A DNA stretch of 36,512 nt from Candidatus Woesearchaeota archaeon (GTDB taxonomy: Archaea; Nanobdellota; Nanobdellia; Pacearchaeales; GW2011-AR1), in NCBI GenBank assembly GCA_964363655.1, contig CAYIJD010000001.1:1-36512 (forward strand), read 5' to 3'. Positions within the stretch are counted from its first letter, which is position 1; each line of letters opens with the position of its first letter. The translations under genes were made by a program, and so were the position numbers. Shown here one piece after another: positions 26,484-36,010 of the stretch. The notes beneath the pieces were generated by a model. It searched no databases and was not told the DNA's origin. It saw only the letters and a program-made list of their open reading frames with translations.

Positions 26484-27320
26484 ATGAAATACTCAAAAGT
26501 CTCTGTTGTAATTCCAGTATACAAACCAGAAAAAAAAGTTTTTCATAAACTTAAAGAGATGTTGAAAAAACAAACTATTCCTGTTGAAATAATTGAAAAA
26601 TGGAATGCTCCTGAAGCAGTTAGTATGAATTTAGGTATTAAAGAAGCAAAAACCGATATTGTAATTATACTTGCGCAAGATTGTATTCCTGAAAATGAAT
26701 ATTGGGTTGAGAAAATGATCAAACCATTAGAAAATTCAAAAACAATAGCAGTTGTGTCTGATTTATTGCTTCCTTATTATTATTGGAAAAAAAGGCCTTT
26801 TCTATCAAGAATGTTTACTTTTAATGATTTAAAATTAAGAAAACCGATAATGAATCTAAGCTCTTGTGCCTATAGAAAAAAAGATTTAGAAAAAATTGGT
26901 TATATAAATGAAAAAGTTTCTGCAATAGACACTGATTTTGGTATTAAGATTATAAAATTAGGAAAAATCGAAAGAGGGAATGTAACAATTTATCATTTAC
27001 ATCCTCATTATAATTATAAGAAAACATTAAAAACCTTTTATAATTATTCTAAATTTAATGGAATAGCTATAAAAGAAAATGGAACAAGAGTGTGGGGGTT
27101 TCTAGAGAGGATTATTAGAGCAACTCCTTTTTTTGGATTCTGCTCAATTTATTTCAGATACCCTTTAAAAAAATATTATTACTTTTTGCCATTACATTTT
27201 ATATTTGGAGGAGTGGTTGAACATGTCATTAGTGTAATTGGGTTTTGGCATGGTTTTATTTTTAGCAAAGAAACTGGCGAAAGAAATAAAGAAGTTTTAA
27301 ATATTAATAAAACCAATTAA
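26484..27320 (+). CDS. family 2 glycosyltransferase-like protein
   Basis: VSVVIPVYKPEKKVF and IVIILAQDCIP. The C-terminus is hydrophobic. Confidence 0.7.
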   Translation: MKYSKVSVVIPVYKPEKKVFHKLKEMLKKQTIPVEIIEKWNAPEAVSMNLGIKEAKTDIVIILAQDCIPENEYWVEKMIKPLENSKTIAVVSDLLLPYYYWKKRPFLSRMFTFNDLKLRKPIMNLSSCAYRKKDLEKIGYINEKVSAIDTDFGIKIIKLGKIERGNVTIYHLHPHYNYKKTLKTFYNYSKFNGIAIKENGTRVWGFLERIIRATPFFGFCSIYFRYPLKKYYYFLPLHFIFGGVVEHVISVIGFWHGFIFSKETGERNKEVLNINKTN

Positions 27321-27423
27321 TAAATAGCCTAAATAAGTTTCATAAATCAGACATTTTTATTAATTAAAAATTGGAAAAAGCTTAGTTGCCAAATAGCAAG
27401 TATCAAAAATTACAATAATAAAA

Positions 27424-27960
27424 ATGAAAATTATCTTAAATTTAGGATGTGGAAGAGATATAAGAAAATCTACAAACAATATCAAATGGGTTAATATAGA
27501 CATAGCTGATTTGCCAGAAGTTAATGTAAAACATAATCTAATAAAATTTCCTTACCCTTTTTCAGATAATTATTTTGACGAAATTTTAAGTTTAGGGACT
27601 TTAGAATTGATTAATGCTGATTTTATAAAAATAATGGAAGAATTATATAGAATTTGTAAAAATGGAGCAATAATAAGAATAAGAAGCCCTGTTTTTCCTA
27701 ATATGTGTTCTGCTCAAGACCCCCTAACAAAAAAATTCATGACTTGGAATACTTTTGAATATTTTAATCCAGAGACTGGTTATGATTATTATTCAAAAGC
27801 AAGATTTAAAACAATAAAAAGAGAATATATTTATTCTTTAAATCAAAAGTTAAAATGGTTAAGCTTTATTCCAAATTTATTTCCTCAATTTTATACTAGA
27901 TTTTTATTTAATTTATTTCCTAGTAATAATATTTATTATGAATTGATTGTTGTGAAATAA
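27424..27960 (+). CDS. class I SAM-dependent methyltransferase (short)
   Basis: ILNLGCG, WVNIDI and FDEILSLGTLELI. Confidence 0.65.
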   Translation: MKIILNLGCGRDIRKSTNNIKWVNIDIADLPEVNVKHNLIKFPYPFSDNYFDEILSLGTLELINADFIKIMEELYRICKNGAIIRIRSPVFPNMCSAQDPLTKKFMTWNTFEYFNPETGYDYYSKARFKTIKREYIYSLNQKLKWLSFIPNLFPQFYTRFLFNLFPSNNIYYELIVVK

Positions 27961-28218
27961 TCTGAATTTATTATTGAATAAGTTAAATTAATGTTAGGTA
28001 AGATAAAAAAGTTAAACTAACAATAGAAATTAACAATAAATAGTATAAAACATAAATCTCTTTATTTTTTAGGAGCTATAGTTTATAATTATTTTTATGA
28101 GGCAAATAGAGAGGAGAATCTAGTTGAGATAAAACCTTATTTTTCTATTAATTATATTAGTTTAGAACATTATTAATGACTCTTACTAAATATCACACTA
28201 TCAATTAAAAACTATAAA

Positions 28219-29952
28219 TCATCCATGTTTTACGGTCCACAAATCACCAAACGCAAAAACATCTTTCTCTTTTGTATCTGGATCTTTTTGATTATAAGGA
28301 CGACTCATTACATAAACTAAAGTTGCTGACTTATTTTCAAGAGGCATATAACCGTGCCAGACTCCTCTTGGAACTTTTACTAATACAGGATTTTTTTCTC
28401 CAATAACAAAGGTATTAATTTTTTTAGAGCCGTCTGAGTATTCTTTTACAGCTATATACTTGATATTTCCTTTAACACAAACAGTATACTCCTCGTGTTT
28501 TTCATGTAAGTGAAATCCTTTAATTACCCCTGGATAAATCTCAGATATTAAGACCTGTCCAAACTCATTGCCATAAATTGAATCATCATTTCTTAAAGTT
28601 TCAAATAAATATCCTTGATCATTGGCAAATATTTTTAACGGCTTTAGCTCAACTCCTTCAATTAAATCTGAGCTTTTCATAATATTAGAAGTTATTCCAG
28701 AATTAGACTCTAATATTCTAGGTTCTGGCAAATGAACAATAAATCTTCCATTTTTCAAAAATTCTTGTTCTTTTTCTATAATTTCTTTTGCATGATTCCA
28801 AGCAAATAAGACAGCATAATCTGCATTATCCTTATGAAAATAATCTGGACTTACAATAGGTATATGTTTTCCAGGTGTATAAAGCCCTTGTTTAAATGGC
28901 GTTGAATCAGAAATATAATCTATTAACTTATTATCTAGATTACAATAATTCTGAACAATAGTTCCTTTTGAAGCAGCAGCATAGCCAACTATTTTTTTCC
29001 CCTGATTTTTAATATCTCTAATTAAATTAAAAAATTTTTCTTTATTTGCTTCAACTCTTTTTGCAAATTCAAGATAGGGTTTTATTGTATTTACCTCTTT
29101 TTGTTTTTCTTCTTCTAAATATTTCTTTAATCTTTGTGTTTTATTATAAATACCTTTTTTACAGGCATAGACTCTCATTGAACCGCCGTGTACATCCTGC
29201 TTTTCTGCATCAAAAATTTCTAAACCATGCATGTTAAAAAGATTTGTTAAAGAAGTAAGAGAAAAATACCAAATATGCTCGTCATAAATTTGATCATAAG
29301 AATTTTTCTCCAGAATATCTGCTATGTATGGGTCTTCTGTTATAAAAACTCCTTTTTCATCTAATAAAGTAATTATTCCTTTCAAAAAATCATGGATATC
29401 TATAATGTTAAGAGTAACATTCGCAGAAAAAATAACTTTAAATTTTCCTTTTTTTAATGAAATTTTTCTAGCTAAGTTATCTGTAAAAAATTCTGTTATA
29501 GTTGGTATATTATCATTAATTGCAATTTCTGCAACGTTTTCAGATGGCTCTACACCTAAAACTTCATGATTTTTAAAATTCTTTAGAAAAATTCCGTCAT
29601 TGCTCCCAGTTTCTAAAATCTTACTGTTGTAATCTAAAAACCTTTCTTCTATTTCTCTAGCTATTTCTGCAAAATGTTGCTCCATAAATAAAGAAGTTGA
29701 AGAGAAAAATGCATAATTTGTTTTTCCTTTTTCATCTTTTATGATATATTTATCATATGGAACAATATTAATTAACTGAACCATTTTACAATTTTCACAA
29801 AATCCCACGTCCATATCGTAAAAATATTCTTTAAAATTGTTATCAATAAACTGTTCTTTTTTAAGGTAGGCGTTTGCAGCCGGCATTTTTCCAAATGAGA
29901 TAAATTTCATTAAATTTCCATTACAAATTTTACAAAATCTTTTGATTTCCAT
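28219..29952 (-). CDS. NDP-hexose C-methyltransferase (TylCIII/NovU-type) fused to a C-terminal RmlC-like cupin (3,5-epimerase/ketoisomerase-like)
   Basis: N-terminal Zn ribbon FCKICNG...GFCENCKMVQL, a methyltransferase core ILETGSNDG, and a C-methyltransferase C-domain. The last 150 aa or so, DQGYLFE...GVIKGFHLHEKHEEYTVCVKGNIKYI...VPRGVWHGY, match the RmlC/cupin pattern. Confidence 0.75.
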   Translation of the reverse strand: MEIKRFCKICNGNLMKFISFGKMPAANAYLKKEQFIDNNFKEYFYDMDVGFCENCKMVQLINIVPYDKYIIKDEKGKTNYAFFSSTSLFMEQHFAEIAREIEERFLDYNSKILETGSNDGIFLKNFKNHEVLGVEPSENVAEIAINDNIPTITEFFTDNLARKISLKKGKFKVIFSANVTLNIIDIHDFLKGIITLLDEKGVFITEDPYIADILEKNSYDQIYDEHIWYFSLTSLTNLFNMHGLEIFDAEKQDVHGGSMRVYACKKGIYNKTQRLKKYLEEEKQKEVNTIKPYLEFAKRVEANKEKFFNLIRDIKNQGKKIVGYAAASKGTIVQNYCNLDNKLIDYISDSTPFKQGLYTPGKHIPIVSPDYFHKDNADYAVLFAWNHAKEIIEKEQEFLKNGRFIVHLPEPRILESNSGITSNIMKSSDLIEGVELKPLKIFANDQGYLFETLRNDDSIYGNEFGQVLISEIYPGVIKGFHLHEKHEEYTVCVKGNIKYIAVKEYSDGSKKINTFVIGEKNPVLVKVPRGVWHGYMPLENKSATLVYVMSRPYNQKDPDTKEKDVFAFGDLWTVKHG

Positions 29953-30011
29953 ATCTTCACAATATTAAAACCATTTAAATAGATTATTATGATTTTTTGA
30001 ATATTTTTTGA

Positions 30012-30884
30012 TTATTTCTTTTTTGACAAATAATCTAAGATTTCGGCTTGTTTTTTTGTTAGCTGAGAAAGTTTTTCTATAATCTCTGAATTTTCGTCTT
30101 CTTTTGATGGAAATTTAAAAGTTTCAATAAAATCGTCTGTATCGCTCCAATGATCTTCTTCTGTAACTTCTTTTTTTCTTATTAGATTGCTAGCTCTGTT
30201 CAAGCTTTCGAATGTTCCTGCATCTGACCAAAATCCCTTTATAGTACTATAAAAACAATTTCCCTGTTTAACATAATTATCAATAGCATCAGTTATTTCC
30301 AATTCTCCTCTTTCAGAAGGAGCTAGTGTTTTTATAATTTTAAATATATTTGAATCAAACATATATAAGCCAGTCATTGCAAGATTTGATTTTGGGTTCT
30401 GTGGTTTCTCCTCCACATAAATAACCTTCTCAGTATCAACAACAGCTATACCAAATCTCTTCGCCGCTTTTAATCCAACTTCTTTTAAAAAAATCCTTGC
30501 TCCTCTTCCCTGTCTTTCAAACTCTTCTATATAATATTTAATATTATCTTCAAATATATTGTCTCCTAAAATTACAACAATTGGCTCATTATCAGAAAAA
30601 TCTTCTGCTAGAGAAAGCGCTTGAGCAATTCCTCCCGACTCTTCCTGAATTTCATAACTTAACTTAATATCAAATTCTCGTCCTGAACCAAGAAGATTTA
30701 CAAAATGCCCCGCGTGACCAGTTCCAGAAACAATTAATATTTCCTTAATTCCGGCGTTTGCTAAAGTCATGATTGGATAGTATATCATTGGCTTATTATA
30801 AACAGGAAGTAAATGTTTATTAGTAACTTTTGTAGAAGGCATCAATCTAGATCCAGTTCCACCAGCTAATATTATACCTTTCAT
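30012..30884 (-). CDS. rmlA: glucose-1-phosphate thymidylyltransferase (short form) with an acidic C-terminal tail
   Basis: MKGIILAGGTGSRLMPSTKVTNKHLLPVYNKPMIYYPI and LGDNIF. Confidence 0.85.
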   Translation of the reverse strand: MKGIILAGGTGSRLMPSTKVTNKHLLPVYNKPMIYYPIMTLANAGIKEILIVSGTGHAGHFVNLLGSGREFDIKLSYEIQEESGGIAQALSLAEDFSDNEPIVVILGDNIFEDNIKYYIEEFERQGRGARIFLKEVGLKAAKRFGIAVVDTEKVIYVEEKPQNPKSNLAMTGLYMFDSNIFKIIKTLAPSERGELEITDAIDNYVKQGNCFYSTIKGFWSDAGTFESLNRASNLIRKKEVTEEDHWSDTDDFIETFKFPSKEDENSEIIEKLSQLTKKQAEILDYLSKKK

Positions 30885-30923
30885 TTTGCTACGAAAAAAA
30901 TCTGATTTATATATTTTTATGTT

Positions 30924-31913
30924 CTAGATTTTAGTAATATCCTTAATTACTTTTTCTTTTAAAGGCCTCCACCAACTTTCATTATTTTTATACCATTTTA
31001 TAGTTTCTTTAAGCCCTTGTTCAAAATTTATTCTTGGTTTCCAATTTAATTCCTTAGTTATTTTAGAAAAATCAATTGCATATCTAAAATCATGTCCTTT
31101 CCTATCTTCAACATGCTCAATCATCTCTTCTCCAACTCCAAATTCTTTTAAAATCATTTTTGTTATATCGACATTTCTTAATTCACAATCTCCACCAACA
31201 CAATAAGTCTCTCCAGATTTTCCTTCATGCAAAATTAAATCTACAGCTTCATTATGATCATAAACATGAATCCAGTCTCTAATATTTTCCCCCTTTCCAT
31301 AAACCGGAACTTTTTTGTTGTCAATTGAATTTGTAATAAATAATGGTATTAATTTCTCTGGAAACTGATATGGGCCATAATTATTTGAACAATTTGAAAT
31401 TGTTACTGGAAGTTTATAAGTATCAAAATATGCTCTAGCTAAGTGATCTGCCGCTGCTTTTGATGCAGAGTATGGAGAGTGTGGATTGTATGGACTTTTT
31501 TCAGAAAACTTGCCCTCTTTTCCTAAACTCCCAAAAACTTCATCAGTAGAAATATGATGAATTCTTTTATTTCCATTTCTTAGTGCGGCGTCTAATAAAA
31601 TTTGTGTTCCTAAAACATTTGTTTTTATAAAAATATCTGAATTTAAAATACTTCTATCAACATGACTTTCAGCTGCAAAATGCACAACTGCATCGACTTG
31701 CTTCATTAAGTGATTAACAAGCTCTTTATCACAAATATCTCCATGAATAAATTTATAATTTGAATCGTTTTCAACATTTTTCAAATTTTCTAAATTCCCG
31801 GCATAAGTCAGTTTATCTAAATTAATTATTTCATAGTTAGGATATTTTTTTAGCATATAAAGAATAAAATTACTGCCTATAAATCCGCATCCGCCAGTTA
31901 TTAAAAGTTTCAT
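30924..31913 (-). CDS. rmlB: dTDP-glucose 4,6-dehydratase
   Basis: MKLLITGGCGFIGSNF, HFAAESHVDRS, STDEVFG, SPYSASKAAADHL and RYAID. The start was set at ATG 31913 rather than the TTG at 31928. Confidence 0.9.
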   Translation of the reverse strand: MKLLITGGCGFIGSNFILYMLKKYPNYEIINLDKLTYAGNLENLKNVENDSNYKFIHGDICDKELVNHLMKQVDAVVHFAAESHVDRSILNSDIFIKTNVLGTQILLDAALRNGNKRIHHISTDEVFGSLGKEGKFSEKSPYNPHSPYSASKAAADHLARAYFDTYKLPVTISNCSNNYGPYQFPEKLIPLFITNSIDNKKVPVYGKGENIRDWIHVYDHNEAVDLILHEGKSGETYCVGGDCELRNVDITKMILKEFGVGEEMIEHVEDRKGHDFRYAIDFSKITKELNWKPRINFEQGLKETIKWYKNNESWWRPLKEKVIKDITKI

Positions 31914-32014
31914 TTTTATTCTGCACAAAATTAATAAAAAAGCTAATAAGAAAGATTATTTAAGGTTTGTTAGAAATGAGAAGTTGTTTTAGTTTATCAG
32001 TTATCAGTAAAATA

Positions 32015-32965
32015 TTAAACCAACTCATCTAGTTTTACCAAATTTCCTTTTGGCTTTATCTCATTAATAGTATAACCTCTCTCTTTTAATATAGTAATAG
32101 CCTCGCTATAATTATTCTTATCGGTATGATAAATCATGCTTAAAATATTTCCTAAACAATCATCAATAATTGCAAAAGATCCTGTTTGCTTGGTAGTAAG
32201 AGGTTTTTTTCCATAAATATCTTCTTTTAATTTAGTATTACCTACAAAATTTAATACTTCTAATAAATCTTTTGTTTTATACACAAGTCTATTTTCTGCT
32301 TTATTTCCTTTCATAACTTCCTTACTTTCAACTGGAAGAAAAGTATAACTATTAAACTGGCTATCAAGACTAACTTCAAAACCTCTTGAAAATCCTGTAT
32401 AATAAATATTAGTAATTTGTTCTGTTTTAAGATTTTCAAATGCTTTAAGAATGTGAAATCTTGGAAATCCTGACATATCAAACATGCCTTTTACAAGTCC
32501 TGGATATTTTTCATTTGCTTTTTTAAGATACATCTCTGCATTTTGACTTGCTGTTGGAAAATCATAAAATCCAACTCCATGTTGAGTTGATGATGAACTT
32601 CTTCTTTCAAATATAACAGTATCATCTAAAAATATTGGAACAGTTTCTATACTTAATCCATGAATATTTCCATTAGTTTCTGAATAGCCAGTTTCAGCAG
32701 CCAGCTTAACCATCCCTAAAAAATATTTATATTCTGTAAGTCCGCAATGAATAGTCATCTTTTCATGATTGCATTCAACTTCTAAAGCAGAAGGAATTAC
32801 AGAACTTGTCCAGCCTTTATTATCAGTTTCCCATTTCTTCTCAGAATAATCTTTTAAATAATCAGTAATAATTAAATCTTCATCTTTTATAGCAAATACA
32901 TTTTTTTCATCTAAAGGCTTATTTGTTGTATAGACATAAATTTCTTTTCTCGGAAATTTTTTCAT
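32015..32965 (-). CDS. uncharacterised protein, paralog of the partial gene at 36011 (possible degenerate Nudix-like fold)
   Basis: KKWETDNKGWTSSVIPSAL...GLSIETVPIFLDDTVIFERRSSS..GVGFYDF aligns with ETWKPKKEKGWKSSWIPVV...NLSIGVITVTKDDYILLSRRNPE..GGVWNF of the 36011 ORF. No REUxEE box is seen. Confidence 0.5.
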   Translation of the reverse strand: MKKFPRKEIYVYTTNKPLDEKNVFAIKDEDLIITDYLKDYSEKKWETDNKGWTSSVIPSALEVECNHEKMTIHCGLTEYKYFLGMVKLAAETGYSETNGNIHGLSIETVPIFLDDTVIFERRSSSSTQHGVGFYDFPTASQNAEMYLKKANEKYPGLVKGMFDMSGFPRFHILKAFENLKTEQITNIYYTGFSRGFEVSLDSQFNSYTFLPVESKEVMKGNKAENRLVYKTKDLLEVLNFVGNTKLKEDIYGKKPLTTKQTGSFAIIDDCLGNILSMIYHTDKNNYSEAITILKERGYTINEIKPKGNLVKLDELV

Positions 32966-33046
32966 TTTTAATTATTATTTTAATCCTTTTTAAATATTAT
33001 TATAAAATACCTATATCTTCTTAAATAACTAAAATTATTCTAAAAA

Positions 33047-33991
33047 ATGAGAATTTTAATTACAGGAGGATTAGGGCATATAGGCTCAAAATTAATTAGA
33101 GAATATGCTAAAAGACAAGATATTGAGTTGATTAGAATTCTTGATAATCTTTCTACTCAAAGATATTGTTCTTTGTTTAACTTACCTTATAAATCTGACT
33201 TAAAATATGAATTTGTTGAAGGAGATATAAATAATATTAACGATGTAAGAAAGGCTGTAAAAAATATTGATATTGTGATACATTTAGCCTCTGTGACTGA
33301 CGCTCCTTCAACGATAAATAATCCAGAACTGACTCATAAAGTAATTTATGAGGGAACTTGGAATGTTTTAAATGCATCTATTCATGCTAATGTTAAAAAA
33401 TTTTTATATCCAAGTACAACTAGTGTTTATGGTGAGGCTGAAGGAATTGTTGATGAATATTCTAATGAATCTTTTTACAAACCAGCAAGTCCTTATGCAG
33501 AAGCAAAAAGAAAAACCGAAAAATTATTAGAGGAAATTGGAAAAGAAACAGGATTTCCAGTCATTGTCTTGAGAAAAGGCACTATTTTTGGAACAAGTAT
33601 TGGAATGAGATTTCATACAGCAATAAATAAATTTTGTTGGCTTGCTGCAATGAACAAGCCTTTAACTGTTTGGGATTCTGCGTTAAATAGTAAAAGACCT
33701 TATTTAGGATTAAATGATTGTATTAGAGCTTATGAATTTTTTGAAAATAATGGAAAGATAGGGGAAATTTATAATGTTGTGACTAAAAATTTTGAAATGA
33801 GAGAAATTATTGAGGCAATAAAAAAAATTATGCCAAATGTTAAGATTGAAATAACAAAAAGTCCTTTATTAAATCAAAAACCTTATCATGTCTCAAGTGA
33901 GAAAATAAAAGAAGAGGGATTTGAATTTAAAGATAATTTGCAAGAGCATATTAAAGAAACTATAGATTTATTTAAGGCTATAAGTAATTGA
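33047..33991 (+). CDS. SDR-family NAD-dependent sugar epimerase/dehydratase
   Basis: MRILITGGLGHIGSKL and SPYAEAKRK (YxxxK). Confidence 0.8.
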   Translation: MRILITGGLGHIGSKLIREYAKRQDIELIRILDNLSTQRYCSLFNLPYKSDLKYEFVEGDINNINDVRKAVKNIDIVIHLASVTDAPSTINNPELTHKVIYEGTWNVLNASIHANVKKFLYPSTTSVYGEAEGIVDEYSNESFYKPASPYAEAKRKTEKLLEEIGKETGFPVIVLRKGTIFGTSIGMRFHTAINKFCWLAAMNKPLTVWDSALNSKRPYLGLNDCIRAYEFFENNGKIGEIYNVVTKNFEMREIIEAIKKIMPNVKIEITKSPLLNQKPYHVSSEKIKEEGFEFKDNLQEHIKETIDLFKAISN

Positions 33992-34071
33992 TTACTCGCA
34001 TAAATTCTTAAATATATCATTATAAAAAAGCTATTAAAAAATAATTAAAAACTTCGGCCTTTTTTTATAAT

Positions 34072-35046
34072 ATGATAAATATGAAAAATAAAAAAATACT
34101 TATTACTGGGGGAAACGGATTTTTAGGAAGTAATCTAGCTAGAAAGCTTTTGGATGAAAATGAGGTCACTTTAGTTATAAAGCCAGAAAGCAATAGATAC
34201 AATTTAGAAGGAATAGAAAATAGAGTAGCAATAAAAGAAAGAGAAATAAATTCTAAGACTGATCTTAAAGACCTTATTTTAAAAAAAGATTATTTATTTC
34301 ATTTTGCCTGGCAAACCGATTTAAAAAAATCTATGGAAAATCCTATAGAAGATGCAGAGAAGGATTTGTTGGGATTAATTAATCTGTTAGAATCTTGTAG
34401 AAAATACAATCCTTATATCAAAATTATATTTCCGAGTACTGTTACTGTAATTGGCATGCCTAAAAAAATGCCTTCAAATGAGACTGAGACTGAAAATCCA
34501 TTGTCAGTTTATGATATTAATAAATTAACGGCAGAAAAATTTTTAAGAGTTTATTATGAAAAATACAAAATTAAAAGTTGTGTTTTAAGGTTATCAAATG
34601 TTTTTGGAGAGTATCAAAAAATAGATAACCCAAATAGAGGGGTTCTGAATTTTATGATAGGAAGAGCTTTAAGAAATGAGCCCTTAACAGTTTATGGAGA
34701 AGGAGACTGGATTAGAGATTACTGTTATGTGCAAGATTATTTAGACGCTTTTATTTTAGCTGCTGAATCTGAAAAAACTAATGGAGAGGTTTATGTTTTA
34801 GGAAGTGGAGATGGAAAAACTTTTAATGGGGTTGTTGAAAAAATAAAGGAAATTACAGAACAGCTAACAGGAAAAAATGTTATAATTAAACATATTCCTT
34901 TTCCTGAAAAAGAGCATGAAATAAATAAGAGAAATTTTGTTGCTGATTTTAGTAAATTTAATTCAGCAACTGGCTGGCTTCCTAAAATAAGTTTTGATGA
35001 AGGATTAAAGAGAACGATTGAGTTTTATATAAATAAATCACAATAA
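34072..35046 (+). CDS. SDR-family NAD-dependent sugar epimerase (UDP-glucose 4-epimerase-like)
   Basis: KILITGGNGFLGSNLARKLL and SVYDINKLTAE (YxxxK). The start may instead be the ATG at 34081. Confidence 0.8.
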   Translation: MINMKNKKILITGGNGFLGSNLARKLLDENEVTLVIKPESNRYNLEGIENRVAIKEREINSKTDLKDLILKKDYLFHFAWQTDLKKSMENPIEDAEKDLLGLINLLESCRKYNPYIKIIFPSTVTVIGMPKKMPSNETETENPLSVYDINKLTAEKFLRVYYEKYKIKSCVLRLSNVFGEYQKIDNPNRGVLNFMIGRALRNEPLTVYGEGDWIRDYCYVQDYLDAFILAAESEKTNGEVYVLGSGDGKTFNGVVEKIKEITEQLTGKNVIIKHIPFPEKEHEINKRNFVADFSKFNSATGWLPKISFDEGLKRTIEFYINKSQ

Positions 35047-35096
35047 TCTTTGAAAACTTACTTTAACTTACATGTAAGTGAGATATGAATATAATA

Positions 35097-35290
35097 ATGA
35101 GCAAACACGCTCTAGAACAAGCTAGAGAAAGAGGAGTTAGCATTAAGGATATTAAAGATACCATTAAAAGAGGAGCAAAGTTTTTACAACAAGATAAAAT
35201 AGTTTCAAAGTATAGGCATATTAAAATTGTATTAAAAACGAATATTTCATAATTACTTTAATGATTAGAACTGAAAAAAATGGAAAATAA
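35097..35290 (+). pseudogene. DUF4258-like toxin gene needing a -1 correction in an A5 run
   Basis: MSKHALEQARERGVSIKDIKDTIKRGAKFLQQDKIVSKYRHIKIVLK then TNIS* at 35250-35252. The -1 frame from the A run (35234-35238) reads NEYFIITLMIRTEKNGK*, the expected hhITvy end of the family. That frame stops at 35288-35290, overlapping the next gene's ATG. It is too short to appear in the supplied ORF track. Confidence 0.55.
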
Positions 35291-35609
35291 ATGTGTTTTA
35301 TGCAGTGGAAACCTAAAAAAAGAAATTATAGACTATAAAGTTTATGGAAAGAGCTTGGGGAAATTTCCTGTTATGGTCTGTAAATCCTGCGGAGAACAAT
35401 GGTTTGATGAAAAAACTTCTGTTAAAATAGAAGAAGCTGAAAAAAAGGCAAATTTGTTTGGCTTGTCTAAAGAAAGCAAAATAAGTTATAGTGGTAATTC
35501 ATTGATCATAAGGATACCTCAAAATATTGTTAAATTTATGAATTTAAAAAAAGAATCTAGTGTGATAATCTATCCAGAAAATAAAATTGCTATAGATGTG
35601 AGAGATTAA
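35280..35609 (+). CDS. YgiT/MqsA-type zinc-ribbon plus AbrB/SpoVT-like antitoxin-type DNA-binding protein
   Basis: CVLCSG...VMVCKSCGEQWFD (two CxxC pairs), then GNSLIIRIPQNIVKFMNLKKESSVIIYPE (swapped-hairpin AbrB/MazE pattern). Confidence 0.7.
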   Translation: MENKCVLCSGNLKKEIIDYKVYGKSLGKFPVMVCKSCGEQWFDEKTSVKIEEAEKKANLFGLSKESKISYSGNSLIIRIPQNIVKFMNLKKESSVIIYPENKIAIDVRD

Positions 35610-35654
35610 AGGAGTTTGAGTTTTATATGAAGAAAATTAATTAACACGTTGACA

Positions 35655-35804
35655 TCAAATCTCTTTAATAAATTCATTTCTATTAATCTTTGCTTGTTTT
35701 AAGATACTAAGTAAAGTTCCTCTTTTAATCTGAGGTCTTCTAGGAAAGACTACTAATAATATCTTACCATTCTCTTTTTTATGCAAGATTATATGCGAAC
35801 CTTT
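35655..35804 (-). pseudogene. possible HicA-family toxin remnant
   Basis: Directly after the TAA that ends ORF 35805..35996, the same frame reads KGSHIILHKKENGKILLVVFPRRPQIKRGTLLSILKQAKINRNEFIKEI* (GSH ... hP-x-x ... GTL-x-x-IlkQagi). The N-terminal part upstream of the TAA is low-complexity and poorly HicA-like. Confidence 0.35.
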
Positions 35805-36010
35805 TTACCATTTGTTCTTACTGATGAAAAATTTAATATAAAAGTAATTTCTGGAAAACTTGAAGGTAAAAATTATCGACATAAAGTCAAGCATTAGCAT
35901 TCCTTTAATCATATATATTTCTAAAATTAAAAGAACAACACCAAAAGCTATTTTTTGCATATCTTGTTCATTATAATAATCTTTAAAAACACTCAAATAA
36001 AATAAAAAAC

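Noticed and set aside
14119-29569. Antisense ORFs 14119..14340, 15981..16163, 16566..16796, 17559..17801, 18465..18743, 21854..22102, 23270..23656, 29046..29237 and 29324..29569.
   Set aside because: Each lies wholly within a longer, motif-supported gene on the other strand. Their translations are hydrophobic or low-complexity with no recognisable motifs.
31914-31928. A TTG-initiated 5-codon extension of rmlB (MCRIK).
   Set aside because: The canonical MKLLITGG N-terminus begins at ATG 31913. The extension relies on a TTG start.
12403-35807. Two in-frame TAA codons inside recognisable genes (gmhB at 12403-12405, HicA-like at 35805-35807) raised the possibility of TAA reassignment.
   Set aside because: Most of the roughly 45 well-supported genes here terminate at TAA at the position expected from homolog lengths (rmlA, rmlB, GT4, the radical-SAM enzyme and others). 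Reassignment would fuse them to downstream sequence. Nonsense mutation, decay or base-call error is far more likely.
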